Source of the DNA: Haliotis rubra
Taxonomy: Eukaryota
NCBI RefSeq assembly: GCF_003918875.1
Contig: NW_025766336.1
Coordinates: forward strand, 2,604,001 to 2,668,000
Reading direction: 5' to 3'
Length of the DNA: 64,000 bases
Shown: positions 50,268 through 63,900 of the stretch, one piece after another
Numbering within the stretch: the stretch's first letter is position 1
Layout: each line of letters begins with the position of its first letter
Position numbers and translations under genes: made by a program
The notes under the pieces: generated by a model
The model's input: only the letters and a program-made list of their open reading frames with translations
Told to the model about the DNA's origin: nothing
The model's database searches: none

Positions 50268-51761
50268 TACTAAATTTACAAGGGTCTTACAGTCCCGTAC
50301 ATCCTTTCAAAACACCGTGTGACGAATTTATTACCGTTAAGACCTTTTACTTTAGCTTATCTTTAAACAACAATATTCAAGCAGAATGAGACGCAAAACT
50401 TTTCGCCATGAATTTTCCTGAACTGTCACAAAGGGAAATAACTCAGGATGGCTTAGTTTATGATAAAAATGATCGAAGTTGAGGTTTTGTTAAGCGACAA
50501 GTGAAATACAGAAACATTTTATTTTTTGATATATATATTGACACAAACAAATAACAAATTATGGCAACAATTTTATTACTCTGTTTATACTCATAATTGT
50601 ATATGCCAACTCTAAAATTTCGAAGCGATCAGCCGTTTGGCAGCCACATTCCATCTAAGGTCAAGGTCATTCGTACAACCCGTGTAGTGTGTCACGTAAC
50701 ATATTTGACGGGGTGTACGGTTCATACACCCTGGCAAATCCGCCTACATGATTTCGTATGATTTGGCTATTAACCAATCAGAATTCGACAAATTTATCTT
50801 AAGAGTAATAAGGTTTCGTATGCTTTGGCTATTGACCAATCAGAATTTGACAAATTTATCTTAAGGGTAATAAACGCACAATGTATGTTGATCAGTTCGC
50901 CGGAACCATTCGCCACGTCGTCGTTTCGGAAGTGACGTCATCACCTCCTCGTTCCAATATCTAACTTCGTTGTGAATTTCTATCGCTTGTGTGACAAATG
51001 TATGTGCCAGGATGACTATATATTTGTACAGGCGCTATTCGAATCAGAATCGACACGAAGGTGTGTTGGCGAATGGGTCCCATGTATTTATCAAAATAAA
51101 ATGAGGGTATTCCAGAATTACCAGATGTTCTTTTGTCATTATGGCAAAAACATCACAAAAATCCTTTTTCATACATTGTCTGTTGTCTGAATGAGAATGG
51201 CACTGTACATATAGTATTTACCCGTATCCACGGGTGTTTAGTTACGTAATTACAATTACAACGCACGTGACATATGACAAGGCGCACGCGAACTGACGTG
51301 GACGTTCTTTGTTTTTTTCATTAGAAGCATGAGAAAACATCATATTAAATAAGCAGGCAAAAGTGTCATTGACGTAAACGGACCAGTGTAATGATAATTG
51401 GATTGCTATTTCAATGATGTACTCTGATGCTGCAGTGAAGACGCCGGGATCTGAATCTCCTTGATGGATGCTGTTGAACGATCACGAAAGATCTGACTGT
51501 TGACGATGGCATAATCACATGATTAAAAAAAGCCTTTATCTTTTTCAGCTTGCCTAGTTTTCTTTGATGAATTGGAATGCCTGTGTTTTAAGAGTGACGC
51601 GGAAGGGTGTTTCTTATTTGATTTCTTCAAGAATACATTTTCATAAAAAAATTAGTCTAATGAACAAAAAAAAAAAGAAACTTCACATTTGAAGGAATGA
51701 ATTATAGTGACAATGGGTAGTACAAGGCACAGTGGCGTGTAGCGCTTCAAAAGTGGGTTGG

Positions 51762-51988
51762 AGTGAGTGAGTTTAGTTTTACGCCGGCAGTCTAATCGAG
51801 TCTGAACCAGACAGTCCAGTGATCAACAGCATGAGCATCGATCTGCGTAATTGGGAACCGATGACATTTGTCAACCAAGTCAGCGAGCCTGACCACCCGA
51901 TCCCGTTAGTCGCCTCTTACGACAAGCATAGTCGCCTTTTGTGGCAAGCATGGGTTGCTGAAGACCTATTCTACCCCGGATCTTCACG
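51762..51988 (-). mobile_element. SINE family B, duplicated-hairpin subfamily
   Basis: Same variant as 39886-40069. Confidence 0.88.
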
Positions 51989-51993
51989 TTTCC

Positions 51994-52116
51994 AAAACAG
52001 CGTTAGAAACACATATAGGTATATTGACCCTACCCTAGTATTATATAAAAGGATATATATTTTATATAGTACTAGGGTAGGGTCTATATACCATTATGTC
52101 TTTCTAACGCTGTTTT
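51994..52116. mobile_element. Foldback MITE
   Basis: aaaacagcgttagaaa..gaccctaccctagta / tactagggtagggtc..tttctaacgctgtttt. Confidence 0.75.
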
Positions 52117-52229
52117 TAAGAGCGACACGCCCCTGTGGTACAAGGTAGTTAATGTTCACGAATACCATAATGAGTAGGTCTAAAATATAATCTGACGCAT
52201 CCGCCCATTTCAACTGTGGCGAACCAAGC

Positions 52230-53564
52230 GGGGTGCATGCAGCACGCTCTTTTGTAAAAACGCGACCCTGCACGTGTTAGGGTCCACGTGACCACAATTT
52301 CACGTGACTAACCATTAACACGTGTAAAAACATGTCAACGTGACCACACTTTCACGTGACTAACCATTAACACGTGTAAAAACATGTCAAGAATCTTTGA
52401 GGGAAAAACAATAGTATCACGCCACTCTTTACAAATGTTGAACGTGAACGTGCAATTGGCATGCCCCATATTGGCAAGTCGAATGTGGCTTTTGCACGTG
52501 CCATGAGATGCAGTGGACGGACAACTCACAACCTGAGCACTTGTGTGCATCCAACAGGTACAATCCGACATGTTTTGTGACAGCATGTACAGAATCCCTT
52601 CATGCAGGCATCCGAAACAGCACGCCAGACAGTGGGAACACACGGAAGACCAATCAGTACTGATACAGTACGCCGACGTCTTAACAGCGGGAACCTCCAT
52701 TGCAGTAGACCTTACCGTGGACCTATCCTCACCCCTCGTCATCGGCGTGAACAGTTTGCCCTAACACCAAAACTGGCGATACGGGCAATGGAGAACTGTT
52801 CTGTTCACAGATGAGAGTCGGTACTGCGTATCAACTGCAGGTAACAGGCGACGACGTGCCCAGCGTTACTCAGACCAATGTGTTATGGAAAGAGACTCAT
52901 GGGGAGGTGCAAGCATCATGGTATTGGGTGGAATAGGCCTGAACCAGAGAGTGGGTCCTGTGGTGTTCCAGAACCTTGGTCCAGGGAGAGGAGGCGGCAT
53001 CACAGCGATGCACTACATCGACCAAGCTCTCAGACTCCACGTCATACTACATTTCGGACGTCACCGTAAAACATTTTCCCGGGCCCATACTGCCTGAGCT
53101 ACACGGGACTTCCTACAGCAGAACGGTGTCAACATTATGCAGTGGCCAGCCCTTAGTCCTGATTTAAACCCAATTGAACGTCATTGGGATGAAATTCAGA
53201 GGAGACTGAATAATGTCATACCAAGGCCGAACACAGCCGATTAATTGCGCCAGGCCTTTCTGAGAGTGTGGTTCCAGGTGCCAATGGCCTTCAACAATCG
53301 ATTGGTGCACTCCATGCATAGGCGTTGTGCAGCAGTTATTGCCGCTCGTGGTGGTCACACTAGATACTGAAGTCAAGATTCTGATTGGAATGCAAACGTT
53401 CACGTAATGTCTTGAAATTCTGCTGAGTTATTCATAAATGTGTCAAGATATTGCACACTAGAAATGGGAATTTTTTGCTTATTATGTCAATTTCTGTAAT
53501 GATTTGATTACAGTGCCTATCTAATTTTGAATTCGTACTGACGTTGTTTTTGTGCTGTTGAGTA
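52230..53564 (+). mobile_element. Degenerate Tc1 element (transposase relic ~52418-53370)
   Basis: Fragments NVERERAIGM, RPYRGPILT, VLFTDESRY, WGGASIMV, QWPALSPDLNPIE, ARGGHTRY with stops and frameshifts. Right end ..gagta|ta; left TIR not found, so the start is approximate. Confidence 0.88.
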
Positions 53565-53574
53565 TAGTTTTACA

Positions 53575-53945
53575 ACCGCAACGTGAACCAGTAACTGCCC
53601 AAATCATACGAAACCGCTTCTATGCTATCCATCTTCGTGTCCGATGTCCTTTTGTCGGGCCGATTCTGGAACAGTTAACCGGAATGAACGTGTACGCTGG
53701 GCACAATTGCACCTGCAAAATGCGGATATTGACGCAATGGAGTGGCTATCAAGATCACCTGACCTTAAATCCCATTGAACACGTACGGCGTGCTCTTGGA
53801 AGAGGCCTTCATGCCTTGAAACGTCAACCCCAAACTGTCCCAATTACTGGGCACCATGTTGGTAAAGCAATGGTGCAGGTTGCCTTACGCTGTGTTCACG
53901 GGTGTCAAGGCAGTCAATGAGACAACGTTGCCTTGCTGTTATTTA
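53575..53945 (+). mobile_element. Short, highly decayed Tc1 transposase fragment
   Basis: QIIRNR..CPFVGPIL and LNPIEHV..ALGR segments resemble the 40322-41332 transposase. Confidence 0.7.
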
Positions 53946-54262
53946 TTTAACGAGAGAGGTAAAGCATAAAATATCGACTCTGGACCAGACAATTCAGTGA
54001 CTGACGTCATGAACATCGATCTAAAAATTAGGCTACGATGACAAGCATCAACAAAGTCAGCAAGCCTGACCACCCGATCCCGCTAGTAGCTTCTTACGCC
54101 AAGCATTCTGCAGATCAGTTCTAACCAGGAACTTTACTTGTCTACCAACGAGAGATACGTTATGTAAATGACACTGTTGATTTGGCATATAGATTGGGTG
54201 CTCTTCCCGTTATTAGGAACGTTCTTCTTGTGTTGCACATGGTGTGTGGAGAAAGTACAATG

Positions 54263-54386
54263 CATAGGCGGATCCGGGGGTGGGATGGGTGGGTTAGATG
54301 GTATATTAAATGACCATTGAAACTCTTGTGAAAACGGGTGGAAATGAACTGTGCACCCCTTTCTCAAAAAGCTTTATCCGCCCCTG
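54263..54386. mobile_element. CAnnGGCGGAT-ended MITE with 5-bp TSD
   Basis: cataggcggat / atccgcccctg; TSD caatg. Confidence 0.7.
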
Positions 54387-54604
54387 CAATGGCAACTCTG
54401 TTCGGCAAAACAACTATTGTTGTTTAAATGGTTTATCATATTAATTCAAAACAAAAAGCGTGTGTAGGCTGCATACAGTTGTTCTGCTTAAGGTGCTATC
54501 TATTGTTATCCCTGAATAACACTGATTATCTGATTGATTCTAGCCAAAATATATCCCAGTGTCCAACTCATTCGCCAAGCTCACAACAATTTTAAAGGCG
54601 TTTA

Positions 54605-54735
54605 GGGGCGGTTGGGTAGCCCTGTGGTTAAACGTCCGCTCCTCACGCTGAAGACCCGGGTTCGATTTCCCACATGGGTACAATGTGTGAAGCCTATTTC
54701 TGGTGTCCCCCGCCGTGATATTGCTGGGATATTCT
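54605..54735 (+). mobile_element. SINE family A lacking its tail
   Basis: Head and body match the family. Confidence 0.82.
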
Positions 54736-55383
54736 ACTTTCAACAGAAACAACGTGCTATATCAATCGGTATCCTCCCCAAGCTTTAGATCAACATCCGT
54801 GTACTACCTCCGTGTCCGAACACAACACTGAGAGTCTGTTTGTGTTTACTTCTCGTCGTCCCTGTCCCTCCCCAGCTGACTGAGACGCTGCCAAAGCCTA
54901 CCTGATAACCCCTGTGGTGGGACCAACACTTGCAACACTTCCGTCACGTATATAGGAGAATGCCCTATAGGCTTCAGACGTACATACCTTGACGCGACTC
55001 CAACCTCGTGCCTGGGGCGACCGTGGTCGAAATGGGCTTCTGAAGGTGTGCATTCTTATACTGATATAATTGGAAGCAGTTAGTCATAAATGGATTAAAA
55101 ATAATCTTCACGAAATCGAAATATATGTCTTTCTTTCCACCAGGGTGTTCCGAATTCATAAAAAATCGACACAATGTAATGAAATAAGTTTTGTGTCATT
55201 TTGATGTTTGCTTGTGTAAGCAATGTTTTAATTGTAAAAATAATAATGTAGAAACTGCACAAGTCTAGTAGATCTATTTTGCCATCACAACAGGTTCAAA
55301 CAAGAGTTGTAAAATTAAAATGTGTTAGTTAACACTAAAATAAACTGAGGGCTTTCTGGAATGTCGAAACGTCAAATGGTTGG

Positions 55384-55563
55384 CATTGGCGGATCCAGAG
55401 GGGTGGGGTGGGGTGGGGTGGGGTGGGTGTTCAGCCCCCTTTGAAAATGACTTAAGACCACGAAGATTTTTTTGTGTTGGCGGAGCTAATGGGGGTTCGG
55501 GTTCGAAGCCCCTGACAAACCCCACCCCCACCACCCCTTTCAAAATTCCTGGATCCGCCCATG
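55384..55563. mobile_element. CAnnGGCGGATCCAG-ended MITE with 5-bp TSD
   Basis: cattggcggatccag / ctggatccgcccatg; TSD gttgg. Confidence 0.75.
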
Positions 55564-56255
55564 GTTGGGTAGAACGAAGACCATACCTTACGTGTATCAA
55601 GGAGGTGCTATATATAGTTCATGTGCCAATATTCAGTTTGGTTTGTATGGACAGAAATCACGCTTACATTGAAATCAATGGATGAAAACATGCAGTCTTA
55701 TTGGAATGAATATTGGGCACGTGATATCTTAATGTGCAGTAATGAATGGACACAGATGACCGCGTCATACGTACCTGATGGGATCAGCTGGTGGCTCAAT
55801 CTCAGATTCACCCCGATATTAGCCATGGTCTCATTACAGCACGCCCGTGCTCAATGGGGTCACCAGTCGCTTCCCATTCAGGAAGTACGTTGGGTTTTAC
55901 ACTGCTTTCAGAATCTTTCCAGCAATATCACAGCTCAGGACACCAGAAATAGTCTGCTTATGATGTTACCATGTGGAGAATGAAACCAGGTTTCGTTGGG
56001 AAGAGCTAATGTTTAATCGCTAGTGAGAGAGTTACTGCCCCTTTGATCAGTAGTCCAGTTATGTTAGGGCTATCAGCTTCTTCACTTGATCTTGTCCAAC
56101 CCACGGGTATGATGCTTAAACACAAACAAACCATTTGGGCGGCCCGGAATTCGAACAAACGATGAAAGTGAATGAATATGGTTTTATGTCGCTTTCATTA
56201 AAGTGCTAATCCACCGCTACTTCAAATTTGGACGACATTCCAAGATATGAAATAG

Positions 56256-56503
56256 AGTGAGTGAGTGAGTTTATTTTTACGCCGCAATCAGCAATATGCC
56301 AACTATATGGCGGCGGACTGTAAACAATCCAGAGATCAACAGCATGAGCATCGATCTGCGTATTTGGGAACCGATGACATGTGTCAACCAAGTCAGCGAG
56401 CCTGACCACCCGATCCCGTTAGTCGCCTCTTACGACAAGCATAGTCGCCTTTTGTGGCAAGCATGGGTTGCTGAAGACCTATTCTACCCCGGATCTTCAC
56501 GGG
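56256..56503 (-). mobile_element. SINE family B, duplicated-hairpin subfamily
   Basis: Flanked by gaaatagagt on both sides (TSD). More B copies or fragments at 45932-45990, 53975-54135, 57457-57647, 61620-61750, 62580-62820 and 63493-63615. Confidence 0.88.
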
Positions 56504-57880
56504 CCTTAGAAATAGAGTTTGTTTATAGTTGTGATAACAACAACATAACAAAAACATAAAAACTGAGTTTCTGATTTTAAAATATAACCTTGCATTCAAA
56601 AAAGGGCAGTTTTGTACTTATATCCTGGTTAATGTGCCTACGGCTGTCTTGTACAGAATGCAGGTTGATGGAACAGTCAGGCACCTCGAGTGTCAAGCCA
56701 AGGGGTGGGGTGAGCGTTGTCGCTTTAGGCGCCAACAGTACATGATATCTTGCACATAAAACAGATTGATTCCGCTGTGCATTGTAGAAAAGTCATGCAG
56801 AGAAAATAGAAATTAGCAGCAATAGCTTTGTTTGAGGTGGACGGCATTTGCTGAAGGAATGAATTTTTTCAGAGAACATCCACTGTTCAGTCGCAGCGCG
56901 CCACAAGGAGGAAATAGCGTTCAGGCCGTTAACAGCTGATTGAACACACGGGGAAGTGGAGAAATTTTACAAATACACCAAAAAGACAAACATTTGTAAA
57001 GTTTTGTTCCAAATATGGTATGGACACGCGTTTCTCGTGTTAGCCCCAAGATTCTGCCCCTTCGATGTCAGTTATCGGTGGGCCCCCTGCTCGGTGTTAT
57101 GCAGGTGAACAAAACACACAGCACCCTAACCCCACTTTTGAAAATATACTGAGAGAAACAAATAAAGGAATACGGGAAAATTCAAGTGTTCCTTTCATAT
57201 ATTCCAGTTTTCATCACCAGCTTTGAATAGCGGTGTGGAAGGAAATATGAGAATAAATAAAGGAACACTGCAATGAATAAACCCCTTACTCCATCAAAGA
57301 CACACTTCTTNNNNNNNNNNNNNNNNNNNNNNNNNNNNNNNNNNNNNNNNNNNNNNNNNNNNNNNNNNNNNNNNNNNNNNNNNNNNNNNNNNNNNNNNNN
57401 NNNNNNNNNNNNNNNNNNNNNNNNNNNNNNNNNNNNNNNNNNNNNNNNNNNNNNNNTCTGTAAATAATCAAGTCTGGACCCGACAATCCAGCAGTGATTA
57501 AAATCATGCGCATCGTTCTACGCAATTGGGATACGACGACGACGTGTGTCAACCAAGTCAACGACCCTGACCACCCGATCCCATTAGTCGTCTCTTACGA
57601 CAAGCATGGGTTACTGAAGATCAATGCTAACCCGGATCTTCATGGGTCCAGTTTCTCGAAGCGATCTTAGCACTATGTATGTCGTAAGGTACATCATGGA
57701 GGATACGTCAGAAGCGGAGATGCAAAATCAGTCATTAAAATCAGGGTTTCGTTTCACACAAGCTTTTTTCTATCAACGTGATCATATCAATATATTAAAG
57801 GAACAATCGTAAGGCCTAAAGTGGCTTAGTGAATACGTTCCCTGCATTATCATATCTCTATTGCAATCTCGTTGCAATAA

Positions 57881-59696
57881 CGGGGCGGAGGGCGGCCTAG
57901 TGGTTAAAGCATCCGCTCGTCACGTCGGAGACCCGGGATTAATTCTCCACACGGGTGTGTGAAGCCATTTCTGGTGTCCCCCGCCGTGATATTGCTTGAC
58001 TATTGCGGCGTAAAATCACTCACCCAATACCATAATATGGAAGTAGGTACGATATACGATGTGTTGTAAGTTTCGGGATAGAGGTTTGTGTTCACATACG
58101 CCCATGGATCCTGTTTCCTACCTGTTCAAGATGCCGTTTTCTAAACTCAAAACTATTTACCTCGAAAAACTAATAAGCCCAATATCCCAATTCAACGTTT
58201 ACTTTCGCGTTTTTTTTCACTCACTGTTGATTTCTGTATCTCTCAAGGAGGTGTAACATGCCTGTTGGCTGCTGATCAGCAGAAAGCTATTTCCCCGTGC
58301 ACAGAATTCGCAACGGACACCGTCAACGGCAGTGACCACAACTATCCCCGGACTGCCAAATGTGTTTGTCTGCCGGTCCCCCGTCCTGACCCCCTTCTTT
58401 AAAACCTGCACTGTGCCGCTGCTCGGAGGCCGCGTTACAGCAGCGTCATCTCGAAATTCCGCGCGTCCCTGACAATTGTTCCTGGATCTGTTGTAGCCAC
58501 TGGAGTCAAGTTGGTGTGTTTGCACGACCTGTTTTGTTGACATCAGGATTACAATATTCTTTCACGACAATTGTGACACGGCGTTCGGCTCGGTGGAAGC
58601 ATTACCTGTATTGTCTAATTTAATTACAGAGGGTTTAAATGCCAGTTTGTCAATACGATTACCAAGCTAATTCCCCCTGTCTGCTTCAGGAATGGTTCAG
58701 CAAAACCTTAGCAAAGATTAAGGGAAGGTGTACTTCATACATGTCGCTAACAAGTTCATTGAAGGCAGAGCACAGAGTGTTCTGTTTAGATAACGACGTG
58801 GTAGATTGAAAGCAGAAGTGGGGTGAGAGAGGGGCTGGGAAAGGAAAGGGTGAGTGAGTGGGTATGGTTTTACGCCGCTTTTAGCAATAGTCCAGCAATA
58901 TCATGGCGGGGGACACCAGAAATGGGCTTCACATATTGTACCCATGTAGTGAATTGAACCCGGGCCTTCGCCGTGACGAGCGGACGCTTTAACCACTAGG
59001 CTATCCCACCGCCCCGGGGAGGGAGGGAGGAGGTTATGTGAATGTTGTGATTAATGTAGACATTCGGCTTTTTCTTTGGGGGCTTTTTTTGTTTGTTTGG
59101 TTTTTGCTGTTGCCTTGTAGGGTTCCTGGTTTTTTAGGGTGGGGTGGGGGTAGGGGGTGTTGATTGGATTTTTTGTCCTTCCATTGGTCTGGTTGTTTAC
59201 TAGTATGGTTCAAACGTGGTCTGTACAGGTAAGAATTAAAACGCACCCTGTGTCATATACGTCCACATTGTTTAACTCATCTGACTGAAAGATAAGTGAG
59301 TGAGTATGGTTTTACGCCGCTATTAGCAATATTCCAGCAATATCACGGCGGTGGGCTTCACACATTGTACCCATGTGGGGAATCGAATCCAGGTGTACAA
59401 CGTCACGAGCTGACGCTTTAACCACTAGGCTACCCCACCGCCCCCACTGAAAGTCAAGAAAGTTCGCTATCCAACGACCTGAAGCTTATTTCCTGTACCT
59501 AAATATTGTAGGTGGTTGCTGTTAACGTGGCGTGGAACCTTAGTGAGTGAGTGTGGTTTTACGCCGCTTTTAGCAATATTCCAGCAATATCATGATACCA
59601 TAAATAGGCTTCACACATTGTACCCATGTGGGAATCGAACCCGGGTCTTCAGCGTGACGAGCGGGCGGTTTCACCATTAGGCTACCCCACCGCCCC
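57881..59696. mobile_element. Cluster of four SINE family A copies (57881-58025 +; 58851-59015 -; 59295-59445 -; 59543-59696 -)
   Basis: Each matches the consensus. Further decayed copies occur at 44-175, 37388-37555 and 55885-56040. Confidence 0.85.
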
Positions 59697-60363
59697 ATGA
59701 AACCTTCATAGGACATATGCTGTTTATACCAATCCAGACACAACAAACTGATGACTGTAACTGGAAGTTTCAGGTTGGGAAAGTCACCAGAAAACAAGTG
59801 TATCTTTCATATCCAAGCCACAAGGACTCCTGCACTCATTCAGGTGCGTTTGTACTGGGCTGGGGATGAGCTTGGTGAAACCCATTCTGCATTTCAAAGA
59901 ATAACAAAGGGCGAGTTCGGTGCGTTTCAGTTAGGATATCATCTTTGTTATATAATCGGTTGTCAAATATCCCAGTTAGTATGGTTTTAATTTGCGAAAC
60001 CTCCCATTCTCAACCTCGCACAATTAATTGTTCACTGGGCATCGCGGTCGATGTTAATCCTGGATTACATCGAGCAAACTGGTATTAAATCAATAAAATG
60101 AACAAGATTCAATTTTTATTGAACGGTAACTGTTTTGTTAGAGAAAAAACGCAATAACAGAAACACCTTACAGCAACATGTCTTAACACTGACCATGAGA
60201 ACAAAGACGATGAACACTACTTGGGGTATGCATTCGTAACTAATCGCCTCTTTCCGTGACCTAAACGGCTTGCCGGAATGACACGAGTAGTTACGAATGT
60301 TGGGGATCATGCTATGAGTGACGACGAAGCCGATGCTTGGCGATCACAGGCACCATGTACAAA

Positions 60364-60903
60364 CCCAGCTAACACACAACGTTCTCGCAACGTTGTGGGA
60401 AAGTTTTAGATTGCTAACGTCATGACACAACGTTGTCACGTTAGTGTTACGTCATTTTATAACGTTATTTCACAACGTAATAACAACGTTGCACATTTAC
60501 CCTGAGAAAACCTTATATATGCTTTCTTATAACTTGATGTCACGATAGGGTTTGCAGTAATACGTTGAAATGCTTTCTTCACTATTACAGCTTCAGAAAA
60601 CACGACCAAAACAACATGCAAATTCAAAACAACCCAAAACCTTGAAGTGAATTTCTACTTTCATATGTACATATGTACTGTTTACTACTGAGAAAGCTAT
60701 TCAACTATTAACGTAAAATAGGACCTTAAGACAACGTACACACACGTTAGCATCACACAATTTAACCTTCTGGCGACGTAAAAATGACGTATCAAGTGCA
60801 ACGTCAGGCCATGCAACGCTGTGACAACGCAAATGGGAGTCCACAGAATAACGTTGTAACAACGAAAGCATAACGTTGTGACAACGTGAAATTGTTACCT
60901 GGG
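60364..60903. mobile_element. Non-autonomous EnSpm/CACTA-like element
   Basis: TIR cccagctaaca / tgttacctggg; many subterminal (ac)aacgtt(gt) repeats at both ends. Confidence 0.7.
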
Positions 60904-61877
60904 AGCATATAAGTACCTGCATGAAGAACACAAACACTCTTTGTCGTGACTTGCACGATCAGTACGAGCGAGTACAACGTGAATGTGCAACGTATGTCGT
61001 GACTGGCGAACTATGCTCGTGCAGGAAGAACACGTGTTTCGTGTGATGCGAGAAATTGGATGTGATGCGCAAACAAATTAAACGCGTAACAATTAAATCA
61101 TGAATATATGTTTCAGTAAAGTTAATTTAGACTTGAATATAATCTTTGAATAATAGTCTTGTGCCTCGTTTATCATTCTTACAAGAGAGGTATTGTGATT
61201 GTAGCCACGTGACGCAGGCTTTCTGGTGTATTGTTAAATATAGACATTTGTCTATTGAATTCAAGATGACTGGTTTATTCAGAGAGGTAGAGGGATGGAT
61301 GTAAACACGCACGCAAACACACACACTACACTATTTTTCGAAATGATGCCAAACAGTATGAATATAATGATAGAAGACGGTTATTTATATTGACAATGTA
61401 TTGATTCCGTTTTATTTAGAATACCCTCACTTCATTAATAATATATGGTCTCTGGTTTCATCATCATCATCATTTTCATCCTCATCATAAATGGCTTCAA
61501 TATGATCCTGATCAACAGAATGGTTACAGTCAGTCCACAAAACTAACTGATATTTCCAAATGTGGCACTGTACACCAAGGGAAACAACTCTGCAGAACTT
61601 TCCCACTCCAGGTCTTGTTTGTTATTGATAGTTCCAGACATATGATAGCGGTCTGTAAATAAACGACTCAGAACCAGACAATCCAATGACTGACATCTTG
61701 ATTAGTGATCTACCAAATGACCTACGATGACATGCATCAACTGAGAAACCGACCCTCTTGCTGTTGTTATTGTTGTTGCTGCTGCTGCGGTTGCTGTGGT
61801 TCCTCCTTCTCATACTAACCATTGGCAGCCAGACTTAAAAAATGGAGAAGCATTTGTAATGCGAATGCGCCCCCAAT

Positions 61878-63160
61878 TTATGTACAAAGTAAGTGACTCC
61901 TGGATGTCATATACAAAATCAGTTCCCCCACCTCTTCCCATTTTTTAAGAATAATAGTTTAATACTCTTTACATTCACCACCCCCACAAAAAAGTAATAA
62001 ATTAAAAAAAATATGTGCAAAGTAAGTGTCCCCCTCTGCATGTCATACACAAAGTCAATGACCCCCACTCCTTTCCCATACTTCTTATGAAGAACAAAAT
62101 GGCTGACCCCAACCCCTTAAAATCATCATCAACACACACCCTCCCCTCCCAAAAATGTATGTGCAAGGTAAGTGACGCCCCCACCAACCCCCACCTCCCC
62201 GCATGCCATATACCAAATCAATGACCTCCACCCCCATTCTTCCCTTTTTTTAAGAATAATAATTTAATACGTTTATTTCCAAAGTGCTGACACCCAAAGT
62301 GCATGTTACAATATTGATGTAACACCATAATCACGCCTCCACATTACTCATTGCATATAACGGTAATCTCACATGAAACCTGCACACCACGTCCACCATC
62401 TTCAATCCCCGCCACTTACCTATTCACCATAAGCCTTATTGCTTCCTGTTAAAATACACCATCCATTTCACAATAGAACACACTGTTATTTGAAGCACAA
62501 ATGGGAAAGAGAATGGGATTTAAGGTAACACAGGGGATAGGATTAACCTTCGTAGATATCTATCGTTGATAGACAAGAGAAGTTCCTGGTTAGAACTGAT
62601 CTTCTGTAACCTGTGATTGGCGTAAGAGGCGACTAACGGGATCGGGTGGTCAGGTTGGCTGACTTGGTTGATGCATGTCATCGTATTCCAATTGCGTGGA
62701 TGCTCATGGCGTCAATCACTCGCTTGTCTGGTCCAGAGTCGATTATTTACAGACCCAGTCGTGTAGCTGAAATATATTGCTGAGTGCGGTGTTAAACAGC
62801 AAACTCAGACCAAACCTGCAAACAGACCGTAAGAATACGTCCCCACCGAGTCATGCTAGTTGTGACGACGTATTAGATGTGATGGTAAGGCTGTTAGACA
62901 TATTTGGTTGGCTGCATGTATTCGTTGTAACGCGGCAGTGTGCACGTTTTACATTATTTGTATGAATCACTTAATGGTTTACAACGTGCAGAATCGATCT
63001 CCAGACAGTAGTCGTAATAGTTGGAATAATGCTGTCCTCCTCTGCATGTCATACACAAAGTCAATGACCCCCACTCATTTCCCATACTTCTTATGAAGAA
63101 CAAAATGGCTGACCCCAACCCCTTAAAATCATCATCAACACACTCCCTCCCCTCCCCAAA
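61878..63160. repeat. Degenerate ~140-bp tandem repeat (3 units, 61878-62270) plus a displaced copy (63033-63160)
   Basis: tatgtgcaaagtaagtg..atgtcata..aa..tca recurs; 62027-62152 is nearly identical to 63033-63160. Confidence 0.75.
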
Positions 63161-63639
63161 AAAAAAAATAAAATAAATAAAACAAATAAAAAATAAATAA
63201 AATAAAAATAAAAAAATAATAAAAGTAACTAAATAAATAACTAAGTAAAATAAAAATAACAAACAAACCAAAAGCACCAACTTGATAATTGGCAGTAATA
63301 TCCTATCTGGCTAAACTTCAAGATTTTACGAGCGTTTTAGTGGAGAACATTTTGGATCTGTTCTCTGCAGTTTAGGCATTCGTATTCGTACTTCTGTTTG
63401 CACTATCACGTGTAATTGGGTTGAGACTGACAGCATGAGAAACTGTCCAGCGGGACACCTGGGCACGCGGTCACCGAGCCGGACCGCCAGAGTTGGTTGG
63501 TTGGTTGGTTCACGCTTCACTCAGCAATATTCCAGTCCTGGTGGCGGTCTGTAAATAATCGAGTCTGGATCAGACAATCCAGTGATCAACATCATGAGCA
63601 TCGACCTACGCCATGGGGAAATTTCAACATTATTTCTCG

Positions 63640-63900
63640 TTGGGCTGGGACGGGTCCAAATTTCCTACCCGGGTACCTGACCCCCTATTACCCGACCCGA
63701 CCCGGGTACCCGTTATAACACTAATTGCGAGTTCTTCTCCTTCAATAAAATCAGTTATGACCGAGATTAAAAGTGGCGTCTGGAAATATTTTGAATACGT
63801 CACATCATGCACAAAGAAAATGCACTTTGTGCACAGTGCAGCTAAGTCACAAAGAAGGGAGTACGTAATCGATGTTGAAACATCTGAACAAAATTATATA
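63640..63900 (+). mobile_element. hAT transposon left end with decayed BED zinc finger
   Basis: tgggctgggacgg terminus and tacccgggtacc/acccg subterminal repeats, then SGVWKYF and, after a frameshift, KCTLC..GST*SMLKHL. Confidence 0.7.
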
